64,000 nucleotides of DNA from Eledone cirrhosa. Taxonomy: Eukaryota. The notes below the pieces were generated by a model, which ran no database searches, was not told the origin of the DNA, and saw only the letters and a list, made by a program, of their open reading frames with translations. The stretch's first letter is position 1. Each line of letters begins with the position of its first letter. Where the stretch lies: assembly GCA_964016885.1 (NCBI GenBank), contig OZ024741.1, positions 379,564,001-379,628,000 of the forward strand, in the 5' to 3' direction. Positions 40,613-55,334 of the stretch are shown here, piece after piece. The position numbers and the translations under genes are program-made.

Positions 40613-40823
40613 GGACAAAATGAAAACACACACACACATAGAACAAACAACCAACCAACAATAAATAAATAAATAAATAAATAAACAAATAGAAAAATGA
40701 ACACAAACACACACAGACACCCGGATGTGGCGCATGCGCAAACTGAGCACACAACACACGCACAGAAACAAAATGGCGTAGGATAGAAGAAAGGAAAGGC
40801 ACAGAAACGAAGAAGGAATCTCC

Positions 40824-40868
40824 AGTCACTGAAGAGGTCACATAGTGTGTGACGAAAGGACTATGACT
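40824..40868 (+). ncRNA. Minimal hammerhead-like motif in PLE terminus
   Basis: agtca-CTGAAGA-g-gtcaca(tagtg)tgtgac-GAAA-ggac-TA-tgact; second copy on the minus strand at 48338-48381. Confidence 0.65.
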
Positions 40869-41088
40869 ATATATAAACAACTATCTCGTTGTGGAACCAA
40901 CCAACCAACCAAAAATTTATAAGTTTGTAAATTTGTAAATTTATAAATTTATAAATATATAATAAATTGAAGTGAAAGCAACTGGTGCGTGTGTTTCTTA
41001 TTGGCAACATGACCCTCCCAAAGTATAACAATATCGGTTTCAACACACGATTTCAGATAAAGAATCTTGCTAAACAAATTCAGAAACG

Positions 41089-41194
<106 letters not shown>

Positions 41195-41209
41195 TTATAT
41201 TATATATAA

Positions 41210-43430
41210 GTAGAAGGGGTATTTAATTTTTGGAAGTCCGACTAATATAAATATTTGTAACTGATTTAGAGCATTTTATACTAGAACCGAACACTTTATA
41301 CCTAGAAGACCGAAAATTAATCTGAAAGACCACAAAAGAAACTACCAGTCAGACTTATAGCACCATCTAAATCACACTTAGGCATAGTTAGTAAATATAG
41401 GCTCTACTATCCATTCCATAAAATTAATGAGAACCTAAACTATGTAAGTTTTTACTCTAATCATCATGGATCTATGAAGAGCACTATTGTTAATTCTATC
41501 CAACAACGTATTTCACGCATCTCCGCTAATAAAAACATTTTTGACGATACGGCAGAATATTATAATGAAGCTTTAAATAGAGCAGGTTATATAAATAAGT
41601 TTAAATACATCGACAACAGTAATATGGCAAATAACCCTACTATTAATTATAATTATAATACAAAATTTAACTTAGACTCTAAAACTAACAAGAAATAGAA
41701 CTAGAAATATTATTTGGTAGTCACCCCCATTCTCATTAAGCGTTAAAATACATTTAGCAAAGCTATTCTTTAAAGCACTAGATAAATATTTTCCTAAAGC
41801 ACACATATACCACTCAATGTTTAACAGACATACTATAAAACTATCCTACTCTACTACTATGAACATAGCACGAAACATAAATAGAATTAATAATAGAAAT
41901 TGAAACCCTAACCAAAATAACCAAAATAGCAGTAATATATCTAGCAATATCCAACATAATAGTATCGTTCTGAATAACAACAACTCCGCAAAATGTAACT
42001 GTAGAATTAAATCAAACTGTCCTTTACAAAATATGTGTTTAGATAAGGACGTGGTCTATAAATGTACATTCAAAACTAGTGATAATATATTTAACTATGT
42101 AGGTGCAACTTCTACAGAATTTAAAAGTCGCTGGAATAATCACAAATGCTCTTTCAAAAGATTTGATAAAAAATGTTCAACTTCTCTTTCTAACCTAATA
42201 TGGAACATAAAATGCAAGAATATGGACTATTCATTAACTGGAGAAATAATTTCGAAGCACCCGCGTACCGGAACACAGCTTTATCCAGATTCTGAAAATT
42301 GTGTGTTGAGGAAATTTTTTTCATACTTAAATGTAAGAACTTAATGTAAGAACGAATTTATTTAATTATTGTAGTCATTGCCTGAATTCAACATACAGAA
42401 CTATATATAAATTATAATTATACTTATAATATTTCTACTTATTTTCATAACAATCTTATCCACTGGGTTTTAATATATTGATATCACTAAATCATAATCT
42501 CTATAACATTTGCTATAATTCCACTTCATAAAGTTTCATAAAATATATACATATATCATTCTAATTTTTTTTTTATTTTAATCTTAATTTTAATTGTAAT
42601 TTTAATCTTAATAATTTTTTATACTTTATTTTTATTTCCTTAATTTGTTATTTCTTTTAAAAATTACTTATCTCTTATAAATTATTTAAAAAAAAATGTT
42701 CTCAAATGGCTAAATATATCTTTCAATATTTATACTTATTTTGACTAAATACTCTCATACTAACGAATAAATAAATTAAAGTGGAGTTTTTCCGTATCTT
42801 CCAATTTTAAAATATATAAATATAAATATTCTTATTAACTCAGATAATTTAATTTAATTTAACTTAATATTTACTTACATTAAATACAAAACCAATATCC
42901 CTCATAAGTCAGTAAAACAATTATCTATAACATAATATAGCCATATATTTATTTATATATATATTTATTTATTTACTTATAACAGAAAATGTTATATTAT
43001 AAACGAATTTTAAACAACTAATAATCGTAGATAGACGTACTATTAAGATAAAATACTTAGAATATATTTCCTCCAAATTAACGTTATATGAGTGTTATTC
43101 ATCCTCTCTTGTCTATTTCTTCTCTCTCTCTCGTACTATTTTTTTTTATCTTTCTCCCCTCATATCTTCTCCATCTTCTACTCCAGTGTCATTTAAATAA
43201 ACGGTTGTTTTTCAAATATTTACATATTTATTTGCATATTAATTCACACATTAATTCACACATTAATTTGAATAATCACTAGTATATTTCCACAATCCAG
43301 TGAATTTCCAACCGATAAGGTATGATTTTCATGGGTATGTCCCTATTTATAAAACAAACTTTGTATTTTATTTGATAAAAGCGTTACCAATGTTGTCTTG
43401 GTATCCTTGATATATATATAACAACATAAA
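41210..43430 (+). mobile_element. Degenerate Penelope-like element
   Basis: LKDHK, SIQQRISRISAN, CNC..CPL..CLDKDVVYKC..YVGATSTEFKSRWNNHKCSF. Confidence 0.75.
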
Positions 43431-43467
43431 TATGGTTTTATAAATATAGTTTCCATTTATATAATAT

Positions 43468-43543
<76 letters not shown>

Positions 43544-43568
43544 GTTATATATATATATATATAATATA

Positions 43569-43637
<69 letters not shown>

Positions 43638-43639
43638 AC

Positions 43640-43710
<71 letters not shown>

Positions 43711-43736
43711 AATATATATATATATATATATATAGT

Positions 43737-44400
43737 ATAAAGAAAACGAAAAATCAATGATGCATCTGGACTAAATTTATTGCGTGTTACAATTGTTTCG
43801 CCAGCAGGTAGCTCGCGACATGGTCCTTGTATGGATCTCGCTGATTCTACTGCTGCAGGTTCTTTCAGACACGGGTATTTCGTTCGGAGCAAATTTTATC
43901 ATTGGGGTGTTATCATCAAAAAACACCCTAAAAAAACCCTACTTCCACTCTTGTCATGCCATTGGATGTTTTTACTCAACGTCATCACAAGTTCTGGTCA
44001 GTATTTACTGCCACGGGTCACCAGCCATTTTCTGTCCGACACATTTCAATGGAGTCACGCTGGGTTCAGTATCTCACACGTCTGTTCACACTTCAGAGTA
44101 AGCACCCACACATAAGAATATACACACACATATACACACACATGCAGACACAGACACACACATGCATACACACACGTACGCCTACATGCGCAGACACCCC
44201 CACCCCACAAACATACATATATGTATATATACACACACACACAATCTCCCTCACTTCCGCGGACCCAGTCACACCCACTTGTAGATACATATCGCCACAA
44301 TCCTTATAACGGCTGCTTAATTCGCGCCATGTATCTGGTGGGATAAGCATGGCCTACTCAAACATACACATATATACATACATACGCCCGCACACATACA
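43737..44400 (-). repeat. Left arm of ~650-bp inverted repeat (hammerhead-bearing terminal repeat)
   Basis: Diverged reverse complement of 46620-47280; hammerhead-like motif at 43783-43873. Confidence 0.85.
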
Positions 44401-44500
44401 TACGCACATTACTGTATACATTTATATATATATATACACATTCATACACACACATATATACATACACACATACATACACATACATACATATACACATACA

Positions 44501-46285
44501 TGTCGAGTCACCTTAACGTATGTTGATAACTTTCCTCACAACTTGTTCTACCAAGCTTTGGAATATTACTAATTACTGAATATATATATATATATTCAGT
44601 AATTAGGAATATTCCAAAGCTTGGTAGAACAAGTTGTGAGGAAAGTTATCAACATACGTTAAGGTGACTCGACAGGTTGGTAGGGATTCTGTATTGGAAA
44701 CACTAACAAACGAGGAGTGTAATCAAAAAAGAGAAATAGGACGAAGGTAAACAGTTACACAAGAATTTAATCCACGTATTATCAATTGTTTCATCAGAAT
44801 TTCAGTCCATTATTGCTACACTATGTAACAATAGGCAATCAAAAAAGATACTGTTGCATCCGAATTTTCAAAATACAAAGTTGAAATGACCTTAGGAAAT
44901 GAAATATGGGGTAGTAGTGTAAGATAGAGGAACAGAGAGAGAGAGGGCAACAGAGAGGGAGAGCGAGAGAGAAAAGGGACGGAGGTAGGGAGATAAAGAG
45001 AAAGAGATAGTGTGGTGTGAGAGGATTTGTATAGAATATAGTTATGTTAGAGAAGGGAGGGGGAGGAGGGATGTGTGCTAAAAGTTGTGATGAGAGAAGG
45101 AAGATAGAATTTTAAGTGGCAGTTGGTAGTGGACAGGCGAAAGTTTTACCAGAGAATAGATAAAGGAAGAAAGTATTAAATTTCATATATAGTCTAATTT
45201 TAGGAGTGTAGAATTGTTATTTAGGGTAGAAAAGGAAGAGAGGTAGTGTTAAGATTTAGTTGAAGGTTTGAAGTGTGAGAACTTGGCTTTTAGTTTATGC
45301 TGGCAAAAGATTGACCTTTCAATTTTGTTGTTGAGTAGTTGGTGGCCTGAGCTTAGGATATGGAAGAGCTCATTATTACACAACGGGCACGTTTTCATCC
45401 CACTCCGGTATGGAGGAGCATGTGAGAGTTTGGTCCATTTAAGGGTGTATTGTGGTTACTCCCTTTTAAGTGCCAAATTTTGTCGGCGAGAGTGAGTTAT
45501 GTAACGGTGTTGGGGGTGCTTTATTGCGTAACGATGCGTGTACCAACGAGTTTTGAAGGTGTTTGCAGTGCTGCCTATGTAGTGCCAGGTTTGGTTGTCC
45601 GACTCAACCGAGCACCTGTACACTAGGTTTGAATGCAAACATACGTTATTCTATGGACAAGTCTCTGGAAGGTGGCAATTATAATTTCTGTTATGGGCAG
45701 TTGTGGAGTTATAGATGGGCTGGGATGTGTGTCTGAGTGTCTTTTGTGCATACTGTTTGTTAGTGGGTGGTTGTGTATTAGGTGTATTATGGTGTTGAGT
45801 GATTGGGGTGTTGTTGTTACGGAGTTTTTTTACGTTGAGCATCTTAATGTGTGCGTCTAGGTTTGGTGCAGTGGAATAAGATAGTCTAATTGTTTTGGTA
45901 TTAAGTATACTACTATATTTATGTGAATTTGGAAAGTGTTTTTTTATAATTTTGTAGAATGTGGAAGGTAAGTTAGAGCTAATAGAAGAGTTAAAAATAG
46001 GATTATACCAAATGTAAGATCTACTCCGTGTTCTGTTTTGCTTTGATGTTGCTGTTGTATTTGTGGTGTGGTTATTATAAGGGGGTCTAGGTACGTGTGT
46101 GCGGATGTTTGTGGGGCGTTTGGCGTGTCTATGGTTATGTGTTTTATGGTTCTGAATGTCTATGTATTCTAGTTTGTCGGTGTGGCAAGCCCGTTCTAAT
46201 GCAGTGAAATTCTGATGAAACAATTGTTAATACGTGGATTAAATCCTTTTGTAACTGTTTACCTTCGTCCTATTTCTCTTTTTTG
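44501..46285 (-). mobile_element. Penelope-like element 3' part with inverted segments at both ends
   Basis: WYNPIF, IRLSYST, NC..CP, VYRCSV..YIGSTANTFKTRWYTH; 44730-44810 inverted at 46205-46285; (TA)n-centred palindrome 44501-44674. Confidence 0.8.
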
Positions 46286-46373
46286 TGTATATATATATAT
46301 ATACATACATATATATAAATATATATATAGTCACATATACCCACGCATACATACAAAATACACATACGTACAC

Positions 46374-46419
<46 letters not shown>

Positions 46420-46426
46420 GTATATA

Positions 46427-46603
46427 ATTGTTTCTACTTTTTGGCACAAAGACAGCAATAATCCCATTACTGGTGCTTTATTTTATCGACCCGTAAGGAT
46501 GAAAGGCAAAGTTAACCTCGGCGGGAATTGAACTCAGACCGAAAAGGGACGTAACTATGCTGGAAAGCATAATCCAACCCTCAACCGATACTGCCAATTC
46601 ACC
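46427..46603 (-). mobile_element. tRNA-derived SINE
   Basis: Same family as 2183-2358. Confidence 0.8.
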
Positions 46604-46619
46604 GACTTTGTATATAATG

Positions 46620-47280
46620 TTGTGCGTATATATGTATATATGTGTATGTTTGAGTAGGCCATGCTTATCCCACCAGATACATGGTGCGAATTAAACAGCC
46701 GTTATGAGGTTTGTGGCGATATGTATCTACTAGTGGGTCCGTGGAAGTGAGGGAGAGAGTGTGTGTGTATATATACATATATGTATGTTTGTGGGGGTGG
46801 GGTGTCTGCGCATGTAGGTGTATGTGTGTATATGCATGAATGCGTCTGTGTCTGCATGTGTGTGTATATATTGTGTGTGTATATATGTGTGTATATATTC
46901 GTATGTGTGGGTGCTTACTCTGAAGTGTGAACAGACGTGTGAGATACTGAACCCAGCGTGACAGCATTGAAATGTGTCTGTCGGAAAATGGCTGGTGACC
47001 CGTGTGACAGTAAATACTGATCAGAACTTGTGATGACGTTGAGTAAAAACATCCAATGACATGGCAAGAGTGGAAGTAGGTTTTTTTATGTTGTTTTTTG
47101 ATGATAACACCCCAGTGATAAAATTTGCTCCAAACGAAATACTCGTGTCTGAAAGAACCTGCAGCAGTAGAATCAGCGAGATCCATACAAGGACCATGTC
47201 TCGATCAACCTGCCAGCGAAACAATTGTAACACGCAATAAATTAAGTCCAGATGCATCACTGATTTTTCGTTTTCTTTAT
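46620..47280 (+). repeat. Right arm of ~650-bp inverted repeat
   Basis: Partner of 43737-44400. Confidence 0.85.
47144..47234 (+). ncRNA. Variant type I hammerhead motif
   Basis: cgtgt-CTGAAAGA-[long stem II]-GAAA-CAATTG-TA-acacg; the same core is present in the inverted copy. Confidence 0.6.
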
Positions 47281-47390
47281 AATATCTACACTCTGCTCTG
47301 CTGAATATCGAGTGCTAATTTTGGCATACCGTCTATGGAAGCACCATAGCTACCATTATACATAACTATATATATTTATATATATATATT

Positions 47391-48049
47391 CTATTCTATT
47401 CTAAGGCGGGTAAAATTCCCGAGATCCATGGACGCGTTCTCTCCAGCGGTCTCTGTCCCTCATTATCGCTGCCATGTCCTGCGTCTCCAATAGACCAGTG
47501 TCTGTCCTTAGGGCATCAACATACGTTAACCTTGGTCTTCCTTTTCTAGTGTGTCCATGTAGGGGCTCCCAAAGGAGCACTGAGTACAATGTCAACTCTG
47601 GATGTCGGTGAGCATGTCCAGATAACCTCAGTATCCTCTGTGTCACTTTTGAGCTGACTTTTAGGATGCTCCCATACAACTCTGAGTTTTTCATCCTCAG
47701 TGTATACTGACTAAAACAAAATATCTGGTAGAGAATGGTGAGAAGCCAGAGGGGATCACTAATGTAGGCGGGAAGCCGCTAGAATTGGTTGAGGGCTTCC
47801 TGTATTTGGGAGCAAAGATTGGGAATACGGAAGATGATGTGGTTGAGAGGAAGAGCAAGGCCTGGGCGGCGTGCCACAGCTTGAGATCGGTGTGGAAGTC
47901 GGACCTTCGTAGAGACCTGAAAATCCGCCTCTTCATTGCTGTAGTGGAGTCTGTGCTGCTGTATGGGTCTGAGACTTGGACACTGACCAGGAAACTCACT
48001 CAGATGGTGGATGGGTGCTATACGAGAATGCTGAGGATGGCTCTGAACA

Positions 48050-48051
<2 letters not shown>
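47391..48051 (-). mobile_element. RTE-type LINE, 5'-truncated with 5' inversion
   Basis: Minus 47401-47694 LRLSGHAHRH..LLWEP..GRPRLTYVD plus (TAGAA)n tail; plus 47698-48051 FLYLG..VESVLLYGSETWTL..RMLRMALNI. Confidence 0.85.
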
Positions 48052-48101
<50 letters not shown>

Positions 48102-48102
<1 letters not shown>

Positions 48103-48705
48103 TTCGTTTCTGAATTTGTTTAGCAAGATTCTTTATCTGAAATCGTGTGTTGAAACCGATATTGTTATACTTTGGGAGGGTCATGTTGCCAATAAGAAAC
48201 ACACGCACCAGTTGCTTTCACTTCAATTTATTATAATAAATTTATAAATTTAGGAATTTATAAATTTCTGATAGATTGGTTGGTTGGTTCCACAACCCGG
48301 TAGTTGTTTATATATTGTCAAAGTTCTTTCGTATATTGTCAAAGTTCTTTCGTCACACATTATGTGACCTCTTCAGTGACTGGGATTCTTTTCTTTGTTT
48401 TTGTGCCTCTCCTTTGTTCTGTCCTACGCCATTTTGTTTCTGTGTGTGTGTTGCGTGCTCAGTCTGCGCATGCGCCACATCCGGGTGTCTGTGTGTGTTT
48501 ATATTCGTTTATTTATTTGTTTATTTACATGTTACCGGTTGGTTGTTTGTTCTATGTGTGTGTGTGTTTTCATTTTGTCCTTAATTGTAAGTTGTGATGT
48601 TGCTGTTCCACTCATATTTTCTATTTAATTTTGGTTGTAATTCTTTTATGTTTATTGCCTCTGTGATTTGTCTAAACATTGCGTCTTTTCTGTGTGTAGA
48701 TTCTA
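48102..48705 (-). mobile_element. PLE 3' terminal copy (family of 39688-41092)
   Basis: Reverse complement of ~40485-41092, including the ORF end and hammerhead-like motif. Confidence 0.85.
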
Positions 48706-48739
48706 TATATGTGTATATATGTGTATATATATATGTGTA

Positions 48740-48834
<95 letters not shown>

Positions 48835-48989
48835 ATATATATATATAAGTATATATATATAAATATATATAATAGATATTATCCGGTTACAAGTATGGAA
48901 ATAGCTCGATATAAAATAACAAGTATAATACAGAGCGAGAATACAATATAAATGATAGCTTAATTATTCAAACATAAATATATGAGGAA

Positions 48990-49730
48990 AACTTATCTTT
49001 CCACGCACAACTTTCAAGCCAATGTGATCAGAAATGTAATAAGCCAAAAGTTTCGATTTTGTGGTGATCATGTTAATGCAATGGATAACCTGGTGTTAGG
49101 CTGCAAGGTATTAGCTTCCCAGGAATATAAAACCAAGCATGATAGAGTGGGGAAACATGCAGAGTGCATGGTCTGAAACGGATGGGCAATTATACAACCA
49201 TCACCCAAATGCAGTAACAGGAGGCTAGAATGTAACACTTCTCTGTGATTTCCATGAATACTAACAACAATCAAGGCCAACATACCTGATATAATTGTGA
49301 TTGGCCATAAAATAAAATATGTTTCTTCATTTAAATTATCATTACATCAGAACGTAATATCTGCTCGAAAGGTTTCGGAATGCTCAGTAAGTGTAAAGAT
49401 ATATCATTTGAAACTGAGGCACCTTAAGGCCTTTATAATACCAGTGATAGTGGACGCACTTGGAATGATAAAAGCGGATATTGAAAAATATTTGGACCGG
49501 GCACCTGGAAAACCATCTCTGCATGTGATATAGAAATTAGAGGTGACTGACACTGCCCATGTCCTGAGAGAGCATTAACAATGTAAAACCCTCACAACGA
49601 CGTTTACTGTGGTTTGTCCACTTGTGGCATCATTTGAAGAGAATTGATTGTAAAATATGTGTATAATTGCCTAGGTGCCAGGGTGACACGTGGCATGATT
49701 TCGGAAAGAAGGAGAACTCAAAGTTTCAAA
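48990..49730 (+). mobile_element. Highly degenerate Dong/R4 3' fragment
   Basis: RFCG..NLVLGC..YKTKHDRVG, IKANIPDIIV, IPVIVDALG. Confidence 0.65.
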
Positions 49731-50399
49731 TGATATCAATAATGGTAACGATTATGCATGATTATGTACCTATTGCCCCATGAATTAATTCATGTGCAAG
49801 TCTATGTAGACATGTAGACGTGTAGTTAAGCAAATCCATTGGTGAAAGTCAATATAATAATATAGTTGTTTAACGTGAATATGTGTTTGCATGTTTGCAC
49901 GTATGAGTGTGTGAGGTAGGAAGAGTGTGCAAACTGAATTTGAAGTGAGAAAATTAGTCTTGGCTTTCGTTAATCAAATTTAAGGAATGAAAATAAAACA
50001 ATAAATTTAATATAATATCAAAGATATATGAATACTCTATTGTATCTCCTGTTTTTTTCTTTCTAATTTTATTGTACTGTTGGTTGATTCATTATAGTTG
50101 CTTCCTTTGTTTCTATACCATAGAGATGCTATTATATTGCAGAAACTAATAATAACAAAGAAAATATAAGAAAGAATAGATAGAAAATGAAGACTAACAA
50201 CTAAAATAAGTGGTAAGCAGATAACAAGAATCATAGTAACAGCAATAACAACGGCAACGAAGAGATTGATAATGGCAACAACAACTGCACAACAAACTAC
50301 GACACTACAATAGTACTATCATAACAAAAACAACACCTAAACGATAAATCAACGCATAACAATAACAATAACACTAACAATAATAATAACGTCATTGAC

Positions 50400-50496
50400 A
50401 CTAACTAACATTAATGCTGCTCTACTACTACTATTAATAATAATAATACTACTACTAATAATAATAGCAGCAATGATGATGATGGTGATGACGATG

Positions 50497-50562
<66 letters not shown>

Positions 50563-51260
50563 GTAATAATAAAAATAATAATAATAATGTTAATGATGTT
50601 AGAACAGTAATAACAGTAATAACACAATGGTATACACATATATAACGTATAAAACAAAATGATAACAATAGCAACAATAAAGAGATTGTATAAAAAATGC
50701 ACGGAAAAAGGAAATAGACGAACCGAGGAAAGAGGTGAAAAACAAATGTAAAATCATTAATAAAATATTACTAAAGTAAAATAAAATAGCGGGGATGAAA
50801 GAGGAGAATAAATGATAGAAATATGTAAGTCATAATACTCATTTCTCTCTCTTCCATCTCTATCTCTTTCTCTCTCTTTCTCTCTGTATTTCCCGCATTC
50901 TTCTCGCTCTTTCTTTCTCTCTCTCTTTCTATCTCTCTATCTCTATATATTTCCCCCTCTCTCTGTCTTTCCCGCTCTCTCCTTCTCCTTCTCTTTCTCT
51001 TTACCGTTCCCTCTCTCTCTCTTTCCCTCTTTATCTCTGCATTTTCCTCTTCCTTCTAGTTCCCTCTTTATCTCTCTCCTTCATTCTCTCTCTATATACA
51101 TCTGTCTTTCCCTCCGTCTCTTTCTTTCTCTCTGTCTTTCCCCCTCTCTTATTCTCCTTCTCTTTCTCTCTGTATTTCCCTCTCTCTCTTTCTCCTTCTC
51201 TTTCTCTCTGTCTTTCCCTCTCCCTCTTTCTCCCTCCCTTTATCTCTCTCTGTCTTTATA
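50400..51260. repeat. Low-complexity (AAT)n/(GAT)n and CT-rich tracts
   Basis: Direct reading. Confidence 0.85.
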
Positions 51261-51711
51261 TGTCATTTTTACAACCACATACATCCTCTTCTTCTATCTC
51301 GCATTTCCTCAATATCTCACGCCATCTTCCCACCACATCGATCTTTTTAAACTGAAAAAATAAGTGATATAGTTTGTTTTGGTGTAGTTTTATCTCGTCT
51401 ACATATGGATGGATTTATCCGGATTTGAATACTTTTTGGGGCATTTGTTTTTTTCTTTAATATTTACAGCTTATTGATTTATTAGTAATTACATATTCAC
51501 CAGTAGTTCAGTGTTAATTAAACTTTTAGCCATATTCTTTCTAGGAATTGTTGTTTCTTTGTTTATTTTTGAGATGTCAATTATGTTTATTTATATTTAT
51601 ATTTTTAGGCACTTTAATTGCGTCTATATAGTTACTCAGAAATTCACTGCCAAACATACATAAATTTAACAAAAACATAGATATATGAATATATATGAAT
51701 ATATATATACA

Positions 51712-51756
<45 letters not shown>

Positions 51757-51944
51757 CTACACACATAGAGAGGTTTTAAAACACACGTTAGAGCATGCAG
51801 CCATTTTTCTCATATCGATAAATCTCGTTAGACGCATAATATGTTAATGCTGTATTTCCGAAACAAAATTCTAACACACTTGTATGCGGTAATCTATAAA
51901 AATAACACACATACAGATATACCAACACACACACACACACACAC

Positions 51945-52001
<57 letters not shown>

Positions 52002-52018
52002 TACGTACACATATATAT

Positions 52019-52095
<77 letters not shown>

Positions 52096-52892
52096 CATAT
52101 ATATATGCATACATACACATATATGTGCATATATATAATATATATATATATATATACATTAAACAGACTAACTTTTCTTATATATATAATTGTATGTGTA
52201 TATGTGCACATTGTATGGTAGCGTTTCCATTTATATCTGTGACTGTCAGTGGAGGTAGGTGTTAGTAGGTGTCTGTGTGTGTTTTCACACCCATGTATGC
52301 ATTTCTGGATGCGTATATCACTATGTACTTGATATGCAGAACCAGATGCGATTTCGAAATGAAAATATAGATTGCAAAAATATATATAAAGAAATGATTA
52401 AACAAATAAAATATTGTGAAAATAATAACTATAATAAATACATAAAACAGATGTTATGAGATTATATTACTTCAGAGAATGTTTTCAGTTATTAGTAGAA
52501 ACCCAGTTTATATTTATATATCTTTCTTATGTTATCTTGTCTTTTTGTTCACTCAATCTTCTTCATTAATATCAACTTCTTCATCAACAATAGCATTATC
52601 ATTGTTAACATCTTCATTTGGAGCCAACAACATCATGATCATCATCGTCATTATCATCTTCATCATCATCGTCATCATCATCATCAGCATCATCATCTTC
52701 AGTATCTACTTCATCTTAGTCGTCGTCCTCCTCTCCTCATCATCATTATCATCATTATTATTATCAGCATCATCTTCATCTTCGTCGCCGTTCGCCTCCT
52801 CCTCATCATCATCATCGTTCACATAATCCTCAACGCCGTTGTCATCTTCAAAATTATCACAAACACAATCATCACAATTCTAATATCATAAT

Positions 52893-53077
52893 AATTTGTT
52901 CTACATTTGGCACAAGGCCAGCAATTATCTAGTGCATTACTGGTACTTTATTTTATCGACCCCGTGAGGATGAAAGGCAACGTTAACCTCGGCGGGATTT
53001 GAACTCAGAGGGGCAAGGGCCGTAACTCTATGCGTCAAAGCATGGCGTCCGGCCCTCTACCGATATTGCCAACCCAC
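52893..53077 (-). mobile_element. tRNA-derived SINE
   Basis: Same family; A and B boxes on the minus strand. Confidence 0.85.
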
Positions 53078-53738
53078 TTATCATAATAATGAATAACTCT
53101 TATAAATACTATTGATATTAGTGGGAGTATTATTGTTTTCTTCATCATTATAACAATATCATCACGACTATCATAATCATTATCAACATCAGCTTTCATT
53201 TATCTCCTCCCAATTATTTGAAATTTTAATTCCAATGCTACAAATAACAAATAACAAAAGAATATATATTTCCCATATCACATGTGTATTTCTAATTAGC
53301 TGGGATGATCGTTTGGGGGTGTGCTCTCATATATGTATTCATTGTTTGTGTGGGTGTACAACTCTAAATGTTTTATACTTCACTCCAAGAATTTGAAAAT
53401 GATTTTGGTGGTAAAGCATACGAAGCATTTCAAAGTGCTTATATATCCACATTCAAATTTAAAAATAACATCAAATAAAATACATAAATAAAATACTTAA
53501 ATAAAAGAAAAAAAAGAAACGAAAGACTGTGAGGGGTGTGTATAGAGATGTTGTCAAATATACATATACTTACCTATATCTTTCAGATATTGTCGGACAG
53601 ACGAAGGCACATCCATCTATATATTTGCAATAATATATTCAAGTAACCACAATATCTATATAATTATATACTAACATACGTTAGTACATACATGCATATA
53701 TATGTATATACTATTTTCCTGATATCTATACACATATA

Positions 53739-53840
<102 letters not shown>

Positions 53841-53843
53841 ATA

Positions 53844-53992
53844 CGCCATGCTTTCCAGCATAGTTACGTCCCTTTATGGTCTGAGTTCAAATCCCGCCGA
53901 GGTTCACTTTCACTTTCATCCTTACGTGGTCGATAAAATAAAGTACCAGTAATGTACTGGATAATTGCTGGTCTTGTGCCAAAAGTAGAAAC

Positions 53993-53996
<4 letters not shown>
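53844..53996 (+). mobile_element. tRNA-derived SINE, 5'-truncated
   Basis: B box and body retained. Confidence 0.8.
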
Positions 53997-54055
<59 letters not shown>

Positions 54056-55002
54056 CATGCACACACCGAGTTCATTGGGAAGATTTACCACACCTTCCTT
54101 TTGTCAGTGAGGGCAGGCTGTTTATATATTCTTGTGACCTGATGTATGGTTGACGAGCTTGATATGTTTGACGACGAGCACATTCTTCTTCGTCGAAGCC
54201 CTGATTATCTTCTCGTTTCACTTTATGTAGAAAATCAAGATGGGGAAGGAAGTTGGCCTTCAAAATAATTTGTTGAAAGGTAGGTGAGAAGTGAGCATGG
54301 CACGGGTCATTAGACCCGCTCTGATTTTAAGTCTGGCTATTGGAGAACAACAGCGACAGGGAACGTACCCTATTGATCAGGGCACCCGTGGTTCTACATG
54401 GAGTTTTCTACTTGTGAATTTCGAACGTCTCATCCCTATCAAGGTGTCCTCTTTGTTTTAATTTTACTTTTTATCTTCTTTTATTTAACGTTGTTGAAAT
54501 TTATTTACACACAAAACTCACAAGTAGACACACACACAATGTTTATCGTCATAACGTTTATCTTGAGGTAAACCCTTTGTGGTTAATAAAGTAATCATTA
54601 TTAATTTTACTACTATGCATGTATATATATATTTAGAGAGAGAGAGAGAGTGAGAGAGGGAGAGAGACAGATGTGTGTGTCTATGAGTGCATGTGCGGAC
54701 GTATAAACGTATGTATATATTTAAACTCTTCCATAAATTTATAGAGGCATCAGCATATAATATTTTTGAAGTAGTTCGCATCGTAAAGCAATTAGTTGTG
54801 GGTTTTCTCCCAATTCAGCCGGAGTGGATTCGGTAGGCGGAGACACCATATTCACATCTTTACGGGTGTTATATGCTGGCTAATATAATGTAGTTATATC
54901 GGCATATATGTCTATACGTTAGCGTAAAATGGCCAAGTTAACACACACATATGTTTTCTTCATCAGCATTTCTTTCTGTTACTTTATCTCATTCTATCTT
55001 CT

Positions 55003-55043
<41 letters not shown>

Positions 55044-55295
55044 AACTCAAATGCTGGATTTTATCAACCATCCAGGGGTCCCGGTAAATTTTTTCAATAA
55101 CATATTTTTTTATTTGTTTGACCCGAATTACTTGGTCGTTTCTATGGCTGCGCGGATGACGGTTTAACCATCGTCTCAGTGTGTTTGGCCTTTAACGTAT
55201 GTTGTAGCTCTGGTTCGTCAGAATTATTGAGCGCTTGCCACATATCTCAGAAGTTTTTTTTAGCTAATTCCAAAGCCGAAATACGATTCTCGCTA

Positions 55296-55334
<39 letters not shown>

